Positions 38,733-48,951 are shown, numbered from the stretch's first letter. The stretch is 64,000 nt of DNA from Candidatus Uhrbacteria bacterium (GCA_016206085.1 JACQSF010000009.1:9412-73411); one strand, 5' to 3'. Made by a program: numbers and translations. Notes: generated from the letters alone by a model not told the origin.

Positions 38733-40043
38733 TCAGAAACGCAGGTCGGCGTTTAACTTCATCACCGCCTTGAGCTCTTCATCAGAAAGCGTTTCCTCTC
38801 CTGCTGTCCGTTTCTTCCCCAAAACCTCGGCCACCGGAATTCCCGTCAACACAGCCTCTCGCGTAATCCCGACGTACATTTGGTTCAACGGAGAACTTCG
38901 CCACGCCTGAACGGCTTCCACTTTCTTTTCATATCCCTGTTCTTCCATGAGATCGACTTTATCTTTCACCTTTGTCGCTGCCTGAGTCGGATCTTTGGAG
39001 AGACGATGGAAGTCTGTGAGCGTCAGCGACCGCAACTCATCAATAGGACCAGAGAGACGTTTTTCAAATGTGACTTCCTGCATGCTTGCAACCGTCTTGG
39101 GTCGTGGTTCCGTGCTCGTCTCTCGCGCGGCCATGACTGCATCCTTCACTTTGGAGGCATCGATTTTCCCCTCACGTGAGAGCTGTTCATGATGAGCCGA
39201 GATGGCCACGCTTGTGCGTGAGACAGATGGCGCAACGGGCGCGACATGTTCTCCCGGAACTTTTCCGGTGAGCTCGACGTAGCGCTTTGTGAGAAGTGTT
39301 TCTTCATTCTTTGCAAGTTCTCCCTTGTCTGGAATAGCCGCGAGCTTCTCAACCCTTTTGCGCTGTTCCTCTTGATTCACGTTCCCTTGAAAGGCCGAGA
39401 TGCGTCCCTCGATCATGGCCAGCATGTCTGAGAGTCGGCGACCTGTGACGCCCAATCCACCACTCTCGACAGCCTTTTCAAGCTGAGCCCGTGTCTGCTC
39501 CGGTGTACGGACATCACGTACTCGCGACTCGATGAGCTTCGCACAGCGTTCTTGTAACTGCGCGTCCTCAAACGTAAACATTGGGTTCGTACAGATTTCT
39601 TTGATGATTTCCGGGATGTCGAGTGGTCCCTTCGTCTCAAGAATGGAGGACTTCTCTTGAGCGATACTCGCCGCTTCGGCTTCTTCCTTTGAAAAATCTG
39701 GCTCAACGGAAATCCCTGGATTCCCTTTTAGCTCAAAAAGTGAAAACGGCAGATCATTCTGAAGCGGAGTCAGAACACGCTCGACAACCCCCCTTACGAT
39801 CTGCTTGGCAACATCCTGCGTCACGCGAAATTCGGATAGGATCACCCCAACAAAATCCTGAGGCTCAAGAACACGACTCACAAGGCGCATCACATAGAAC
39901 CCCAGAAGAGATTCATCCGCATCCTTCAAGCCAGCCTGAGACAAAATTTCACTGTATGTCTCATACGTGGATTCCTGCTGCAACGCAGCATCAACCCGTT
40001 CTTCTTGGGCTTGCTGTGGTGTGGATTGAGAAACCTCCGCCAT
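38733..40043 (-). CDS. Hypothetical soluble protein in the T4SS-like operon
   Basis: 436 aa, charged/helical, no TM segment. Confidence 0.4.
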   Translation of the reverse strand: MAEVSQSTPQQAQEERVDAALQQESTYETYSEILSQAGLKDADESLLGFYVMRLVSRVLEPQDFVGVILSEFRVTQDVAKQIVRGVVERVLTPLQNDLPFSLFELKGNPGISVEPDFSKEEAEAASIAQEKSSILETKGPLDIPEIIKEICTNPMFTFEDAQLQERCAKLIESRVRDVRTPEQTRAQLEKAVESGGLGVTGRRLSDMLAMIEGRISAFQGNVNQEEQRKRVEKLAAIPDKGELAKNEETLLTKRYVELTGKVPGEHVAPVAPSVSRTSVAISAHHEQLSREGKIDASKVKDAVMAARETSTEPRPKTVASMQEVTFEKRLSGPIDELRSLTLTDFHRLSKDPTQAATKVKDKVDLMEEQGYEKKVEAVQAWRSSPLNQMYVGITREAVLTGIPVAEVLGKKRTAGEETLSDEELKAVMKLNADLRF

Positions 40044-40046
40044 ACA

Positions 40047-42815
40047 CTATGTTGTTCGCTTGTTTCGCTCTTGTACCAATCGTACCCTTGTCTTTTCCAA
40101 TCGATCTGCCTGTTCCTGAAGTTCTTGGAGTCGTCGACTCTTTTCCTTCGCCGCCTCAAGGCCGGCTTTGCCACCAGCATCATCAATCATCTTCTTTACC
40201 TCGGCCTCAAGCGACGTAATATCTGGACTTCCCTTCATCTCTTCATCCCCTTCCTGTACGACCTTGTCATAGGATGCCTGGAACTTATCTAGTTCTTTTT
40301 GTGCACGAGCAATTTCATTCGCATTTCCTTTTTGTTGCGCAACGGCCAAATTCTTTCGTGCTCTTCGTAATGGCTGGTAGGCTTGCTTACGATCACCTTC
40401 AACAGACTGCTGGATTCTCTTACGAACATCCGCGATCTGCTTCTCTTTATCCGCAATCGTCTTTTCAACCCCTCTGAGTGCCTGAACCTCACCCTCAAGT
40501 GCGGCCACCGCTCCTTGGGCAGCGGTCTTCTCAGATTCGATCTGACTCATGGCTGCATCAATACGCTCACCACTGGACTGGCCGAAATTCTCATCGACAT
40601 AGGTATCAGCCCCTTGTCCGGCAGCTGGAGCTGGAGGCAAGCCAAAGCCTGCTTGTGTTTCCATCGCTGTTCGTGCCGTATCAAAGGCTGTAAGTGAATC
40701 AACAGCCGTCGCATTTCCACCCTTACCCATCTTGTCAGCCGCCGCACGCATACGATCCATCGAGAGCGCCATCTTTTGACGATCTTGGTCAGAAGTTCCA
40801 GCATCCGTGTATTTTGCACGCATCTGCGCGATGACCGCGTCTGCGCTGTCCCTATCATTCATTTGCAGAGCCGCTTCAAATTGTCCTTCCACCTGCGTTC
40901 CAATGTCGAGCTTCGTGACATCCGTTCCCTTCACAGCCGCCTGTTGTGCCTCTATCCCATAATGACCTGCGCGTGCGGCTTCCAGAGCGTTGAGATTCTT
41001 CCCGTCCTTATCCCTAAACGTCGTCCTGATACCAGCGGCACGCCCTTGAACAGCCGAGTCTTCCCAGGCTCCTGCGGCAAGAGCCTTTGTATCATCGGCA
41101 TCCTTAATCCTATCTGTCGAACCAGTAATGTGTGCGTATTTCTTTTTGAAGCTATCAAGCTCAGCCGTCTTGGCAACATTCCCGTTGGACATCTCTGTAT
41201 AGCCTTTTCCTTGAATCGCCCAAAGCTTCTTCATCGCCTCTGGATCTTTCCTCAAAAGATCTTTTTGGAGTCGGCCATCGGCCATCGTCTCTTCAAACAA
41301 TGCGGCCATCTTGTCCTTTCCGGCTTGCGTCTTAGGAGGACTCTTGAGCATGGCTTCAAGCTGACCCTGCTTCCAGTTGCGGTCTTTGTTTTTCATGGCC
41401 TCCTTCTCTTTGTTTACACCGTCAAACTTTGTCGCACGAATCCCTTGTTGAATATCCGCTTGTTTGCCTTTAAAAAAACGACCTATAGCGCCCTCACCCG
41501 CCATATCGGCAACTCGACCAGCCACCGCCGCCTTAGCTCGTGAAGGAATGTTCTGAAAGGCTGCAGGGGCTGGTGGGAGGTATCGAGAAGCTGCTGCAGC
41601 GGCTCCAGGTGTACCAGCAATAGCGCGACCACCAAGTCGTGCTACATATCCACCAGCTTTCAAACCCACGCCAGCCCCAAACCTCGCGACTTTCTCAGGA
41701 CTGAAGGCTTTTGCTGTTTCTAAACGCTTGCCAATAAATCCACCCGCTATTCCCGCGCTACAAAATTGCGATGCGGCCTTAAAACCCGCAAACAACATTC
41801 CCATGCCAATGAGAAAACTCAGAAAGTTGTTCACTTCCAACCAAGAAGCCGTAAAATCGGCATTGTTCGAATTCGCGCTTACGTCAAAGCCTGAATTGGC
41901 CGCAATGTTTCCCGCCCCGGCAACGGCAAGAGTGAGCCATAAGAAAAAAGTAAGAACCGGCCCGATGCCGACAAGACACTTAAACTCTTTCCACCAATCT
42001 TCATACGCATTGGAGTCAATAATGCCTTTGGCTCCCTTCATAAACCACGCCAGAGGGGCGATCACAACCAGCACCCACAACATGATAATGCGAAAGAGTA
42101 AAATCGAAACCAAAATAAGGAGTGTCGCAAAAACCCAAATAGTCAATAAAACAGACAGAACGGCTGAACCAAAAAAATCAAACGCTTGCGAAGCCCCTTG
42201 GGCATTCACCTGCTCAACCCCATCAATAACTGAGCTTGCTTGACTCACTTGATATATTTTATTCAAACCCAACAATTGAATAAAGTTTCCAGCCGCAATC
42301 TCGCGAAGTGCATTGGCGAACGTCAACATGATGACTTGCCCAAAATCAATCATGATGCCGCAAAGGGTTTTAGAAAAATTCACGACGATGGCCATGACCA
42401 GAAGTCTTGGAACTTGCTGCTGCCACTTAAACCGTTCACTTCCAAAAATCGTACCAAACGCGATGATGATCAAGATGACCACAAAAAACATATTCACCGT
42501 GTCGCGCACGATCGCCCACCCGGCTCTCACCACCGGGTTCCCGACAAAATTGTTGTAGGTCATGATCGGTACCATCACATCGATAAGCAAAACGATCCCT
42601 TGCGTAATGGCAGCCGCTATCGTGAAGGCAATGTAGGCAAAACTTTGAACAATACTCTCCACCCATAATGGAGCGGCGTGAACGGGAGTCGGATGCAACA
42701 GCAACGAAAAAACAAACACAATAATTCCAACACGGGCTCGTTTGGTTACGAGATTCTTCGTGCGACTCGAAAGCCACGATTTGAGCGCGAGCAATCGAAG
42801 GACAATCCAAGGCAT
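40047..42815 (-). CDS. VirB6/TrbL-like polytopic membrane protein with long C-terminal coiled-coil/charged region
   Basis: Signal/TM followed by 6-7 TM helices, then about 500 aa Ala/Lys/Glu-rich coiled-coil. Sits first in the operon with virB4. Confidence 0.5.
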   Translation of the reverse strand: MPWIVLRLLALKSWLSSRTKNLVTKRARVGIIVFVFSLLLHPTPVHAAPLWVESIVQSFAYIAFTIAAAITQGIVLLIDVMVPIMTYNNFVGNPVVRAGWAIVRDTVNMFFVVILIIIAFGTIFGSERFKWQQQVPRLLVMAIVVNFSKTLCGIMIDFGQVIMLTFANALREIAAGNFIQLLGLNKIYQVSQASSVIDGVEQVNAQGASQAFDFFGSAVLSVLLTIWVFATLLILVSILLFRIIMLWVLVVIAPLAWFMKGAKGIIDSNAYEDWWKEFKCLVGIGPVLTFFLWLTLAVAGAGNIAANSGFDVSANSNNADFTASWLEVNNFLSFLIGMGMLFAGFKAASQFCSAGIAGGFIGKRLETAKAFSPEKVARFGAGVGLKAGGYVARLGGRAIAGTPGAAAAASRYLPPAPAAFQNIPSRAKAAVAGRVADMAGEGAIGRFFKGKQADIQQGIRATKFDGVNKEKEAMKNKDRNWKQGQLEAMLKSPPKTQAGKDKMAALFEETMADGRLQKDLLRKDPEAMKKLWAIQGKGYTEMSNGNVAKTAELDSFKKKYAHITGSTDRIKDADDTKALAAGAWEDSAVQGRAAGIRTTFRDKDGKNLNALEAARAGHYGIEAQQAAVKGTDVTKLDIGTQVEGQFEAALQMNDRDSADAVIAQMRAKYTDAGTSDQDRQKMALSMDRMRAAADKMGKGGNATAVDSLTAFDTARTAMETQAGFGLPPAPAAGQGADTYVDENFGQSSGERIDAAMSQIESEKTAAQGAVAALEGEVQALRGVEKTIADKEKQIADVRKRIQQSVEGDRKQAYQPLRRARKNLAVAQQKGNANEIARAQKELDKFQASYDKVVQEGDEEMKGSPDITSLEAEVKKMIDDAGGKAGLEAAKEKSRRLQELQEQADRLEKTRVRLVQERNKRTT

Positions 42816-42962
42816 AACTGATGAAAGTATAGCATGAAAATGGCCTTCTGCCGCTGATAAATGGGGATAAGAAACTTTGAATTACGAAACAAGATCGCGA
42901 ATTTTATAATTCAAGATAAGAAAAACCCTCAACCGTATGTCAAGGGTCTGTATCGTGGTCGC

Positions 42963-44822
42963 CTAGTAGACGGCGCCCACCGAGATGCTGGTCGTGTTCC
43001 CAAACCACAGCAGTGCGCTGCAGCCCAGGTTCGTGTCGCTCTCGGATCCGGGACTCCAGGTCACGAGATCGTTCTCGTCCCAAGAGTTGCTGTCCAGGGT
43101 GATGTCCACCGCCACCCCGTACTCCAGGAAAGCACTACTGTAGTGGCCGTAGCAGTACCAGTCATCATACGTGCCATCGCCGTCGCTATCGACGTCGACG
43201 TTGAAGCGTACACCCAGAAGTCCTGAGTAGTCGCCTTCATCACTCCAGCTCACCTCGTCATCCTCGGTCACACTGGTTTCGACCAACCAGTAATCGCCCA
43301 GGCTCGAGATGGCATAGACGGGCTGAACCGTGAGCGTGAGCTCGGGGGAGTTGGCCGGATAGTCCACTTCGACCGTGAGTGTGCTCACGTCGCTGGTCTC
43401 TTCCTCTTCCTCCTGCTCGACTTCCTCCTCGGACTCCTCTTGCTCCTGCTCGACCTCGTCGGCGGGATCATCCTGCTCCTCATCGGGATCATCGTAGTCG
43501 TCTTGGTTCAAGTCTCCACCCTCACCAGGACCATCGCTGAGCTCCAGACCGCCTCCGCAGGTCGTGACCGCCTCGTAGTCCAAACACATCTGATCGGTTG
43601 TGCAGCTGCCGATCTGGTGGAGTTCTCCCACGATCCCGTCGTCAACCGTGAGGATGTCACGACGATAGTGATTCATGAGCAAGTAGACGTCCCAGGTCTT
43701 CACCGGGAGCGCAAACCCGCCGGAGATGATGTACACATCTGAGGCATCGGACTCCTTGACGATGGTGCCGTCGCGCATGCTGACATAGCTCGCGCTGGGC
43801 GGCCAGTTGGTCATGTAGGAGCTGGTGTCCCCGTACGTGTCAGGCTCGTTGCTCCTGTCGTAGGAAAGACCCCAGGAACTCAGAACGTCCTCCCAACCCG
43901 TCCCTCGCACTCGCGCGCGGTACCGGTTGGAGTCGCTTGCGGCGCCCACGATGAGCCAAAGCTCCTCCTCTGTGTCGAAGGCGGCATCGATGAACGTCTC
44001 GCCGACGATGTCCGACCCATCGCCGTAGCAATCAAGTTCCGACTCAGAGACAAGCGTGACGTCGTCGAAATCGTACTCGAGTCCCCAGAAGGTGGACTCG
44101 TTCTGGATCCATCGCGTCTTGCCGTCTTGAAGCACGTACACGCGCGCGTTGTCCGGGGTCATCACGAGCGCCCCGTCGGGGTGCCAGAGGTTGATCAAGA
44201 GATCGGACTTGTAGAAGTCACCGTCCTGGGGATCTCCCTGGCTGCGGATGCCGCAGGAGAACTCCTCCGAGGAGATTGTGGTCACCTCGGTTCCATCGCT
44301 CTGGTTCCCCGTCCAGTAGGTCGCGGGAATCGAGGTGCCGTTGTCAGCCGTGAGCGAAGCATCGCCTTGGTGCAGACCGATGTGCACATGCTCACCGGTG
44401 GCGTTTCCGGTCTTGCCTTCGTAGCCCAGGAGGCTTCCGACCGACACCTCGTCCCCATCGGAGATGAAGATGTCGGAGAGGTGTGCAATCACGACGTAGG
44501 TTCCGTCACCCAGATCGATGTTCACATGGTAGCCGAAACCCGAGGTCGCGGACTCCATGTGCACGTAGGCCACACCCGTGACCGACGCGAACACTTCCTC
44601 GTCGGCGTAGTCATTCGTGTCCAGATCGATGTCGTAGCGGGTCGAAATACCCGTGTGGCTGTGGGTGCCACCCGCGCCCTGGGTGCAGAGCTTCTCGGTA
44701 CCCGCGGAGAACGGGAGCTCGATCACGAGTCCAGCTCCGCCCTGATTGCTCTGGTTGGAACCATCGTACTGAGGAATGAACAGAGAACCGCAACCCGTGA
44801 GGGTGAAAAAGACGAGGGACAT
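42963..44822 (-). CDS. M23 (LytM) family metallopeptidase lipoprotein, high-GC codon usage
   Basis: Lipobox LTGC at the start MSLVFFTLTGCGSL. M23 motifs HTGISTRYDIDL and GEHVHIGLH. Long acidic C-terminal region. GC3-rich codons unlike the neighbouring genes. Confidence 0.75.
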   Translation of the reverse strand: MSLVFFTLTGCGSLFIPQYDGSNQSNQGGAGLVIELPFSAGTEKLCTQGAGGTHSHTGISTRYDIDLDTNDYADEEVFASVTGVAYVHMESATSGFGYHVNIDLGDGTYVVIAHLSDIFISDGDEVSVGSLLGYEGKTGNATGEHVHIGLHQGDASLTADNGTSIPATYWTGNQSDGTEVTTISSEEFSCGIRSQGDPQDGDFYKSDLLINLWHPDGALVMTPDNARVYVLQDGKTRWIQNESTFWGLEYDFDDVTLVSESELDCYGDGSDIVGETFIDAAFDTEEELWLIVGAASDSNRYRARVRGTGWEDVLSSWGLSYDRSNEPDTYGDTSSYMTNWPPSASYVSMRDGTIVKESDASDVYIISGGFALPVKTWDVYLLMNHYRRDILTVDDGIVGELHQIGSCTTDQMCLDYEAVTTCGGGLELSDGPGEGGDLNQDDYDDPDEEQDDPADEVEQEQEESEEEVEQEEEEETSDVSTLTVEVDYPANSPELTLTVQPVYAISSLGDYWLVETSVTEDDEVSWSDEGDYSGLLGVRFNVDVDSDGDGTYDDWYCYGHYSSAFLEYGVAVDITLDSNSWDENDLVTWSPGSESDTNLGCSALLWFGNTTSISVGAVY

Positions 44823-45090
44823 GACATGCTCCGTTGAGCTGGTCGTTGATGGGTTGGCGCCAGAATGGTGAACCTTCCCGGGCGACGCGCCAGATCTTGC
44901 GCGTCGACCCGTGCGGGTCAACCAAGCATGGTCATCACCCCACTTCCTGCCCCTCTCTCCAGGAACTTTTGTCTATTGATCGTCTAGTCCGACATGACCC
45001 CGGCGGGGTCTTTGGCAAACGGCTTCTGTTACGGGTGTCTGCCACAGGCCAGTCGAGAGAGTGATGTGGATGTCGATCTATCTTTACAAC

Positions 45091-45124
45091 ACCAAAAAAC
45101 CGCTTGAAGGTCAAGCAGTTTTTG
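45091..45124 (-). terminator. Rho-independent (bidirectional-type) terminator downstream of serS
   Basis: Hairpin gcttgaaggtcaagc flanked by an A-run and a T-run. Confidence 0.5.
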
Positions 45125-45253
45125 GCTAAATTTAGTGCCTTTTTTGTACACGACCGTTTTACAGTCCGCTTACAGTTAACAACATTTTTTCTCAAACACA
45201 TTGATTTTTCTGTTCACTGCCCAGAACAACACAACAGTGTGAATACCAACGCA

Positions 45254-46522
45254 TCATGTACGCTTCACGATTCGATCCTTGCCAACCCAAGGACGCAAAA
45301 TATCCGGAACCAACACACAACCATCTGCTTGTTGATAATTCTCCAAGATCGCGACAATCACACGACCGATCGCAAACGCCGTGCCATTGAGGGCATGAGC
45401 AAATTCATTTTTGCCTTCAAATCTCACTCGCGTATTAAGACGTCGTGTTTGAAAATCTGTTGTGTTGGAAGTAGAACTGGTCTCGCGATACGTTTTTTGA
45501 GACGGAATCCAGGTTTCGATATCGTACGTGCGCGCACTTGGCGCCCCCGTGTCCCCACTACACAGTTTCATCACTCGGTGAGGGAGTTTGAGTCCTTGCA
45601 TAAGACGCTCTTGAATCGAAAGGAAAAGATGGTGTTCCTCGTCTGATCTCTCCGGCGTTGTGAAACTAAACATCTCAATCTTATCAAACTGGTGCACGCG
45701 AATAATGCCATGTGTATCTTTCCCGTAGGATCCAGCCTCACGACGATAACAGGGCGAAAATCCGAGATATCGCAAAGGGATATTTTCTGCATCGATAATC
45801 TCGTCCATACGCATGGGTCCAATAGATTGTTCACTTGTCCCGATCAACACGAGGTCATCGTTTTTCAGATGGTAAATCTCTTCTTCCCCTCCATGTTCAA
45901 GGTACCCCATCGCGCTCATTGCCGCGGTTGAAATCATGTGCGGTGGGATAATGGGAACAAAACCTTCCCTGAGCGTCTCTTGAAACGCATACTGGATGAG
46001 CGCAAACTGCAGAAGAACGGCGTCCCCCTTGAGATAGGCAAAACGCGCTCCAGAAACTTTTGCCGCCCGATCCATGTCGATAAGATCCAAATCTATCCCA
46101 ATGGCAAGATGATCTTTTGGTTCAAAATCAAACGTTGTCGGTTCACCGAATGTCCGCAATAATTCATTTCCCGTCTCGTCTTTTCCAATCGGAACATCAG
46201 AACGCAAGATGTTTGGATACCGTTTGAGTTCTGTGAAAAGCTCGATCTCTACATGGGAAAGTTCTGCTTCCTTTTCTTTGACCTGCTCCTTAATCGTCTT
46301 TCCTTCTTCTACCAGGGCTTTGCGCTCAACAGGTGAGGAAACCGAGGGAATCTTGGCGGCAATTTCGTTTCCGCGGGTACGAAGGGTCTGCACAGATTCA
46401 ATCAACTCCACACGTTGGGCGTGCCACGCGATGGCCGCCTGTGGGTCCATAGATTTTCCCCGATTTTTATTGTTTTGCGCCACGCGCTCTGGTTCCTCCA
46501 AAAGACGTTTGATATCGATCAT
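45254..46522 (-). CDS. serS: Serine--tRNA ligase
   Basis: N-terminal coiled-coil arm and class-II catalytic core. Start taken at MIDIKRLL. Confidence 0.9.
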   Translation of the reverse strand: MIDIKRLLEEPERVAQNNKNRGKSMDPQAAIAWHAQRVELIESVQTLRTRGNEIAAKIPSVSSPVERKALVEEGKTIKEQVKEKEAELSHVEIELFTELKRYPNILRSDVPIGKDETGNELLRTFGEPTTFDFEPKDHLAIGIDLDLIDMDRAAKVSGARFAYLKGDAVLLQFALIQYAFQETLREGFVPIIPPHMISTAAMSAMGYLEHGGEEEIYHLKNDDLVLIGTSEQSIGPMRMDEIIDAENIPLRYLGFSPCYRREAGSYGKDTHGIIRVHQFDKIEMFSFTTPERSDEEHHLFLSIQERLMQGLKLPHRVMKLCSGDTGAPSARTYDIETWIPSQKTYRETSSTSNTTDFQTRRLNTRVRFEGKNEFAHALNGTAFAIGRVIVAILENYQQADGCVLVPDILRPWVGKDRIVKRT

Positions 46523-46584
46523 ACGTCGATCATCATGCCTCATTTTGCAAAAAAGAAGAAGACCCCCATTTGGGGATCTTCTTG

Positions 46585-46947
46585 TTAAAACCCAGATTCA
46601 CCAGCGATCATCCCACCAAGGAGGTCGTCGACCTCATCTGCAAGATCTTGGAGATCGGCTGTGGAGGATGAGGAACTTGCGTCTACAGAACTATTCACAT
46701 CGTATTGTGCTTCCACACCTTCTGTCTCTTGATTCTCATCGGACTCTGCTTGTGTCTCTTCCTCTTCCACTTCGTTTTCGTCCTCCTCTTCTTGGTCTGA
46801 CTGATTCGAACGGCCAGAACGGTCTTGTCGGGTCTCCCCAGAGATATCCGCATCGACGTCCGCCTGCGTTTGTGCGCAGCCAGCTCCTAACAAAATGAGT
46901 ACAGACAAGAGTGGAAGAATGAGGGTCGGGGTGTAACGATTACGCAT
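46585..46947 (-). CDS. Acidic lipoprotein
   Basis: Lipobox LLGAGC followed by an extremely Asp/Glu-rich body. Confidence 0.4.
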   Translation of the reverse strand: MRNRYTPTLILPLLSVLILLGAGCAQTQADVDADISGETRQDRSGRSNQSDQEEEDENEVEEEETQAESDENQETEGVEAQYDVNSSVDASSSSSTADLQDLADEVDDLLGGMIAGESGF

Positions 46948-46953
46948 AGAAAC

Positions 46954-47481
46954 TTAGGATGAAGTTTCTGTATTGAGGGAGGATTGGATCGCGTCGAAAA
47001 TGACTTCTACATGTGACTTGATCGATTGTCGAATCTCCTTGATCACCGCGATATTTTCTTTGACCGCCTCAAAGAGCGTTTTTGCGGTGGCGATCTGGTT
47101 GTCGTATTCCTCAATGGTCATCGTTGTACAATCAACCTGCGTCATAGCGGTTAAATTATCTTGAACAGCCTGGTGATCCGCAGCAAGATCTACAAGAGCG
47201 GATTCAAGGGCGGCGATATCTCCCTCCAGAGTGGAGGTATCTGCCCCGAGAGTTTGTGCTTTCTCAACAAATTTCTTGAGTTTCTCAATGGATTTATTCA
47301 TGCGTTCGATGTTTTTCGCGTGGCGAGTTTCGTTCGCCGTCAATCGTTCCTGTGAACGCGTGACCATGGCCTCACACTGAGCGCTCACATCGAAAGAACT
47401 TTTTGGCGTTTCTTGGGCAAACACTGCGGCAGAAGGGACGAGCATAGCTCCCACAACCGCCAGGATAAGAAATTTCTTCAT
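46954..47481 (-). CDS. Secreted coiled-coil protein
   Basis: Signal peptide MKKFLILAVVGAMLVPSAAVFA, helical heptad-rich body. Confidence 0.4.
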   Translation of the reverse strand: MKKFLILAVVGAMLVPSAAVFAQETPKSSFDVSAQCEAMVTRSQERLTANETRHAKNIERMNKSIEKLKKFVEKAQTLGADTSTLEGDIAALESALVDLAADHQAVQDNLTAMTQVDCTTMTIEEYDNQIATAKTLFEAVKENIAVIKEIRQSIKSHVEVIFDAIQSSLNTETSS

Positions 47482-47631
47482 AGAGAGAAATGTAAAGATT
47501 TATTTTCTGTTTTACAGTAACCGAACGTCTCAAAAAGGTAACAAGACTATATCCTTGGACAGAAAACTTCAGATTCTGAGAGGTTTTGATTCAAACTTAA
47601 CCATGGAAATAAGGAAGAGTCAATGGACTGT

Positions 47632-47675
47632 ATTTTCTTCAAGCAGGTCGGAAGCGAAGCTCCCGACAAATGAAG
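47632..47675. repeat. 44-nt direct repeat with internal hairpin (gtcggaagc-gaa-gcttccgac), copy 1
   Basis: attttcttcaagcRggtcggaagcgaagctYccgacaaatgaRg recurs at 50100-50143 with 3 mismatches. Both copies lie just 3' of minus-strand genes. Confidence 0.6.
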
Positions 47676-47691
47676 CCCTTGTCGGAAACTG

Positions 47692-48405
47692 TCACTTGAT
47701 CGTCCACGTCTTGGGAAGACTACATTGATACCGTTTCTTCAAATGCTGATAGATCTTTTTGACCAACTGCATTTGCTGACTAACCTCATGTGTCTGATAC
47801 ACAGCACGAACAGACCGAACGAATCCCGCATCGCGGTGACTCAGGACCTCAATAGTTTCATCGAATCGACGAAAATAGTCTCCATGTTTACGCAAAACAC
47901 ATTCGATGGCGTTGTTTATAAACAGCTGTAGGTTGCAGGCAAACAACAACCGATCGTCGTTTTTGGCACTTCTTTCAAGCTCTCCCAAAAAATCATGCAA
48001 GGAGTAAGCATGCATGAGATAGTCACTTTTGCTCGTACGAGTTTTCCCATTCAAATTTTGTTTCGCCAATCGTTGTAAGACACGCAACTGAGGCGTACGT
48101 TCAAAAATGATCTTTCCATTCGCCAGTATATGCGAGGTCGGACGACGTAATGCGTTTCGGTCTTGCTGTAAAAAAGCCGTTGCGGTTTCCACAGAGTCAA
48201 TGATTACATCGATCAATATCTCGCCAACAAAAAATCCTTTTCGTGTTACTGCTGTAGATGTGCGTGTCAGCACGTACACATCAACGTCAGAAAACTGATC
48301 TGCCTTCCCGTTCACCACCGAACCAAAAACCATAATACCAACAACATTCTGATCGCGACTAAAATGGGACAATAAACGATCTTCTATACTCTTCATGTTG
48401 ATCAT
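47692..48405 (-). CDS. Nucleotidyltransferase-domain protein (KNTase/ANT-like; possible aminoglycoside or lincosamide nucleotidyltransferase)
   Basis: N-terminal minimal NTase motif VFGSVVNGKADQFSDVDVYV (GS...D.D) and helical C-terminal domain. 237 aa. Confidence 0.5.
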   Translation of the reverse strand: MINMKSIEDRLLSHFSRDQNVVGIMVFGSVVNGKADQFSDVDVYVLTRTSTAVTRKGFFVGEILIDVIIDSVETATAFLQQDRNALRRPTSHILANGKIIFERTPQLRVLQRLAKQNLNGKTRTSKSDYLMHAYSLHDFLGELERSAKNDDRLLFACNLQLFINNAIECVLRKHGDYFRRFDETIEVLSHRDAGFVRSVRAVYQTHEVSQQMQLVKKIYQHLKKRYQCSLPKTWTIK

Positions 48406-48822
48406 AAAATAAAAACAGGAGCCGCACAGATGTGTTGAGTATACATCCGACGACCCCAGTCGTCACGTGCCGACCCTCAGCCTACATTCATTTATTTCTT
48501 GACAACTAATGTTTCTACTTTAAAAAAGAGCTGAGTCCTTTCACAAAGAGTAAGCATCAAATAATCCAACAGTTTTTCTCTCTCTGGGCAATGCTGAACG
48601 CCAGGCAGGCAACATCTCAAAGGCTCTCTTTTGGTACCAACAATACATCGATGAAAATGGTGAGGACTGGAATGTCTTGTCAAATATCGCCCTTGCAAAA
48701 TCGGATCAAACCGATATTGAGGGAGCAAGGTTAGCTGCAAAAAGCTTTGAAACTGTTCCCAACGACGGAACATCCGGAGATGAAAACGCTTCGAGAGTCG
48801 CTTGAGTCCATTGCTGGGAAAC

Positions 48823-48900
48823 CTATCCACATCTCACCCACAGGTTTAGTCAAAAATGGCTGATTTTGGCCTGTTTTTGAGGTCTGGGGGTTGACAAAAC
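48823..48900 (+). promoter_or_regulatory. Duplicated 78-nt upstream block (copy A) ending in TTGACAAAAC, with dyad CAAAAATGGCTNATTTTG
   Basis: About 85% identical to 51658-51734. Lies 50 nt upstream of the HExxH gene. AAGGAGG Shine-Dalgarno sits 5 nt before the ATG. Confidence 0.5.
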
Positions 48901-48951
48901 TTATTTTTTCTGAAACTATCGGTTGTCGCAACCTACAGCCAAGGAGGCACC

